NCBI GenBank assembly: GCA_963693365.1
Contig: CAVNZM010000004.1
Coordinates: 454,448-518,447, forward strand
Direction of reading: 5' to 3'
From: Amoebidium appalachense
Taxonomy: Eukaryota; Protista; Ichthyosporea
DNA length: 64,000 nt
The position numbers and the translations under genes are program-made. Each line of letters opens with the position of its first letter. Position 1 is the first letter of the stretch. Of the stretch, positions 47,992 through 64,000 are shown piece by piece. Under the pieces are notes generated by a model that saw only the letters and a program-made list of their open reading frames with translations, was not told the DNA's origin and made no database searches.

Positions 47992-48051
47992 CGAGCACTT
48001 AGTCTAGACTAACCCTAAACCCTAACCGAGCACTTAGTCTAGACTAAGTGC
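47992..48051. repeat. 22-bp palindrome, partly duplicated around telomere-like repeats
   Basis: CGAGCACTTAGTCTAGACTAA-CCCTAAACCCTAAC-CGAGCACTTAGTCTAGACTAAGTGC. Confidence 0.85.
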
Positions 48052-48912
48052 AGGACCCCCCTCCCCCCCTCGCCCCTTCCCTCTAATACATACACACACA
48101 CACAAATACACAACGTGCGCGCACAGAAATGCACATGCGCATGCGGCACACGCACACGCACACGCACACGCACACCTTATGCACACTCACACGGACATGC
48201 CCCCGCGCTTAACACACACACACACAAGGTTAACACGCACACACACACAAGGTTAACACGCATACACACACTCCCACACACACGCACACGCACACACACG
48301 TGCGCGCACACACCACATTTGGCTCTGTCCAGCCCGCCATGTTTCCTTCATGCAATCAACCATACACACACACAGAAAGCTCTTCCGGAATGTGTGTTTT
48401 ACCCCTGGGCCAACACCGTGGCACACGTACGGGCACGTAAGCGTACAAGCACGCACGTGCCCCCATCAAGTCCAAATGCAGCACTGCGCATGCATGCCAT
48501 TCGAAGCGCGATGTGATTCACGGAAGGTCTAGGTTGCAGGCGGCTCTGATAACACGTGGTCAATATTGGCAGCAACAGACTGTAACAGCAGTTTATTTTT
48601 TATCTATTTACCCGAGCATAGCCCTCGAGCCAAAAAGACTTGGGATAAGTTTTCATAACAATATAAAACAGCCCTGGGGGATGCCAGCATCCCCAATACA
48701 TGTATATATCAAACTGTAGTCAACGTCATTTCATGTACACATGTACATACAATACAACATGTTAGCACGGTGCGTAAACCGTGAACAAATGCCCAATACA
48801 TCAAGCAATGGCATCATACTATGTATACTCCTAACTGCCTGTACATACATACGTGCATGACACGAGGCCAATCATAGCACAGCCCCGTGCTGTTGCCTGG
48901 TGCACCCACCAT

Positions 48913-59705
<10,793 letters not shown>

Positions 59706-60971
59706 TTCACGTGCGTTGACGCCTATGTGCGCCGGTATGTGGGATTGTGTGTGTGTATTTGTGCTTGCGTGTGTGTGTGCTTGTGTGTGGGTGGGTGTAG
59801 GTGCGTAGGTGTAGGTGCGTGTGCGTGAAAGCTATACACGTGTCTCCCGGTGTTTTGTAGGTGCCCACATGGGCATCTTTGTGTGTGTGTGTGGCCGTGG
59901 TTTGTGTATCCCAAAAGTTCCTTCCGCTTGGTGAAGTCCCTGCGTGCCTCCGCCCACACCTAGCTCCGCCTTGTGTTGCGGTATATAAGCCTCTGTGTGT
60001 GTGTCTCCACAAAGCAAACGAAACGGTGGAAAAGTGTGAAGCAATGGCAAGCCTTGAGACAGACAAAATCGCTGACACGTTTGGACCTCTAAGCTTGCTT
60101 GCTAAGTGAGCTTATACGAGCTATGTGAATGAGGAAATAAAACGTATGAACGGGCGTGGGTGGGCACAAGTATATATATATCCTGTATACAGAAACGTGT
60201 GTACAACAGTGCAGGGTGAGGCTTTGTGTGCGTGTGTGTGCCTGCCTGCCTGCCTGCCTGTGTGCATGACTGTGAGTGTGGGCTATCTCGGCTCGGCCTA
60301 TCTGCGGTTTTCAATAGTCGATTGTCATCTCCGAGATTTTCGAGCCCCGGAGCAACGGTTGCCAGTGGCATTCCACAAGATCATAATTCTTTTGGGGTTC
60401 TATGTACTTCGAGTTAGATAGAAATTCTATACTAGAGAATTAAAACAGTATAATGATACCAAATAGAGCAATATCATAACATTCATGTATAAATTAGAAT
60501 AAATTTATATTTTACTGTAACCTATAGCATTAGAATTCTTGCCTTTGATAGATCATAACCACTAAACATGAGCTCAAAACACTTAGTCCCCCTTTCGTGC
60601 AAAATGTTAGGGGGACTTGCTGAGTGAGCCACTAGTGCAAGATGATTGGCCTCAAGAGATGGGGCAAAAGGGGGTAAAATGTTTCTGGTCAGATGGGCAT
60701 AGAACGGGAGCATACGATAGTAACGATAGTGTGCGACGGTTTGTGTGTCCCCAACTTTATGTGTGACTTGGAAAACCGGGACAAACAAGGGTTTGCCTAC
60801 TTATACAGGGCATGTGCTGAGACCGAGAAAAGGAGTTACTGAAAGTGTAAATGCTCGTGACAGAGTCAAAGAGAGAACAGGTTACTACAGAGATCTGCAA
60901 AAACAAGTGAAAGAGATCTATGGGGTTTGTAGATCCAGCTTGGGGGGCAGAGAGTGGGGAACATACACACA

Positions 60972-61203
<232 letters not shown>

Positions 61204-62127
61204 CCCCCCGCCCTCCTTGCCGTTATACTCCCTCGAATCCTCTCTCCCTCCCTCCGTGCGTCCGTTAACTCCCCCCCGGGTCCCCCCACCCTCCCCCCAC
61301 CCTCCCTGCACCCTCCCCCTTTCCCCCTCCCCTTTCCACTTCCTGTCTCTCCCCCTTCCACACTTCAAGCTTCCTCCTTTTTCCCTCCCTCCCTCCCCTC
61401 CCTCCCCCCACCCCCTCCACCCCCGCCTCTCTTGCTATTCTCCGCCCTTTCCATCTCCCTGCTCCTCCCCTTTCCTCCCCCCCCCCTCCCCCTCCCCCCC
61501 CCCCCCCCCCCCCCCCGTCTCTCCATCTCTCCATTTATGTAGCAGAATAATTATGTAGTAGGTGGACTTCCAAGTGGTGAAGTGTGCACATGTCAGCATC
61601 ATATGTCATGTTTTGAATACAGCTGGCAAGCAACCAATTAGAACCAATAGTAAATGGTGCACTGTTAGTAAGTAATACATGTATGTTATACAGCTGGCCC
61701 AGCAGGCGACAGGCAGAATCAGTAACCTCGTGTGGTGTGTTACGATGAAGTGCTAAGTGCATACATACTGGCATATTGGCGCATGTCACGGCGTAGACGG
61801 ATCCCAAATCATGTGTTTACTGCTTGTGCAGGAGCAACACAACAATAGGCCATGCCATGTTAGTAACACACCATGGGCAATCATGCATCCCACATTACGG
61901 TGCACCGTTCATGTTGTGTTTCCCGATTGGCTGGAGGGAGCGGCCAATAAAGTGCAATGACCTCCTGGTGTTGTGCACGTGCACTCTGGGTCAGCGGCTG
62001 AGCCCCCACTTCACCCACGCCATATATGATGATACCCGGCACATATCCATGCGCACGAAAACACTCGTTAAACCTCCTTGACGCACCCAGCGGTGGCCAC
62101 ACGCACAAGCACACATGTACACCGTGT

Positions 62128-62188
<61 letters not shown>

Positions 62189-62390
62189 CAGACGCACACA
62201 CACAAAAAAAAAAACACTTATATACACAGACACACACACGTTTGCTAAATGCTTCTGGCCGTTTCACCCGGGGTGCAATTGTTACTAATATTCTTCTTGT
62301 GCATGCAACTCGACGTACATTCGTGCTACTTATAGCTTATGGGATCACTACCAACCCCCCCCCACCCCCCCATCTCTCTCTCTCTCTCTC

Positions 62391-62428
<38 letters not shown>

Positions 62429-64000
62429 TTACTGTGTGTCATACCGTCCTCGCTTCCTCCCCCCCTCCCCCCCCCCCCCTCCCCCCCCCCCCCCCCCCCC
62501 CCATTGCGACCACTCGGCGTACGGCCGGTGACTACCACCAGCACCTGCAGCAAGCCCTTCACCCACCCACCCACCCACTTGATTCGACCCCGTGACACAC
62601 GCACCTTTTCCCTGATATGCGGACAATGCCTTTTCATCTTTTGACCCTGCCGTCGTATTTTTTTTTTCTTTCTTTCTTTTTTTGTTTTTTCAACTTCAAC
62701 TACTAAAATGGCTGGAGCTGGGGGAAGCGATCGAGGGTTAATGGGGGAATAAGGCGGGGGGGAGGGGGGGGGGAGGGGGGTTATCATGGACTCGGCACAC
62801 ATATGGGTTATATACACAGCTTTATTCGCCATTCAAAATGGACTGTATGCATATATCACATTATAAATCTTTCTACATAGGCTGCAAACACACTGTAAAC
62901 ATATGCGACCAAAACCGACTGTACATGTCTCAGATGATGAATCTACACGTGCAGCATCTGCACCTCACAATCTACACCAGCTATATCTCGCATTCTATAT
63001 TAGCTATATATGTATATTACAACAACACCTTCTGTGCGTATACATCTCACCTCTTACATTTGCATTATCGCACACTACTACATTGGCTTGACTCGCAATC
63101 CAAATTCAACAGGGCATTATCCTCATCAAAAAACGTCAAGTCTACGTTGACAACTTACGCATGTGCAAGGTTGAAATCACTGTCACCTTTGTTCACAGTC
63201 TACATACACCAGAGTGCAACGTCCGATTGGTCTACTCATTCTCCGCTAGTTATGGGGCAGGTTTTGGTTTAGTGCACTATTGAAAATACAGAACCCTGCT
63301 ACCTTGGGGGCAGCCGCTCATCCCCCCCCCCCCCCCCCCCCCCCTTTCCCTGTCTCTCTCTCTCTTTCCCCCCCCCCCCAAATCAATGTCCATTTTTTTG
63401 TTTGCTTGTTTGTTGGTTTTTTTAACAACAACCAAAAAAAAAAGAAGGAAGAAAAAAAAGAAGAAAAAAACACAGCCGCCCTCTCGCCAGCAGAACTCAA
63501 AGTGGTGTCACGGCAGGGACCGACCAGGGGTGTTTCCCTCCTTCCGCCTGCCCAGCAAGAGTAAGCCTGCTTAACCTCCCAGGGGGCACAGTGTGCTGGT
63601 TGCTGCAGCCACAAATATTTAATAGGTCACAGGGGGGTGGCCTACCCGCTACCTACCCGCTTTCCGTATGGTTCATCCTAAGCTGCGAAAAATGCTGTAT
63701 CGTTGAGCAAAACTCTGCACCGTGATGCATACACGAACACAAACTTGCGCACGCATACATGTACACACATGCACAACAAGCCAGCAGAGGGATGTAGCAC
63801 ATCGAGATCGCAAGCACACACCTGCACACAAAAACGCGTGCGCACACACACACAGGAACATTCATTCGCTTTCGCACGACCATGGTCAAAATTCCCGGAC
63901 CCTGTGCTGAACTTCCGGCGTCACAGGTGACCCACAGCCATTGGCCCCTCTCAGTGAGAGGTTTGAGCGGCCCCCCCCCCCCCCCCCCTTTTTTTTTTTT

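Overview
Eukaryotic nuclear DNA, intron-rich, with introns full of (CA)n/(GA)n microsatellites and G/C homopolymers; most ORFs in the supplied track are translations of these repeats. The gene set suggests a unicellular opisthokont (inference, not determinable here). By joining exons manually with phase checks I reconstruct nine spliced genes: UTP23 (-), MRPL54 (+), peptide deformylase (-), TMEM120 (+), a MaoC/hot-dog dehydratase with an N-terminal anchor (-), NDUFA6 (+), a Cys-rich type I membrane protein (-), a UBXN1-like protein (+) and a 19-exon gene (-). The 19-exon gene fuses a signal peptide and a bacterial-type Ca2+-dependent PI-phospholipase C to a five-TM Tweety-like domain, and is the most striking item. 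Other highlights: an AT-AC (U12-type) intron in UTP23; a family of 5'-truncated intronic elements that all end in GCATTCAA plus poly-C, one with a flanking duplication; a Dickkopf-like Cys-rich ectodomain; and a perfect 70/76-bp higher-order tandem array. No rRNA, tRNA or CRISPR was seen. Family assignments come from motif recall, not database searches.
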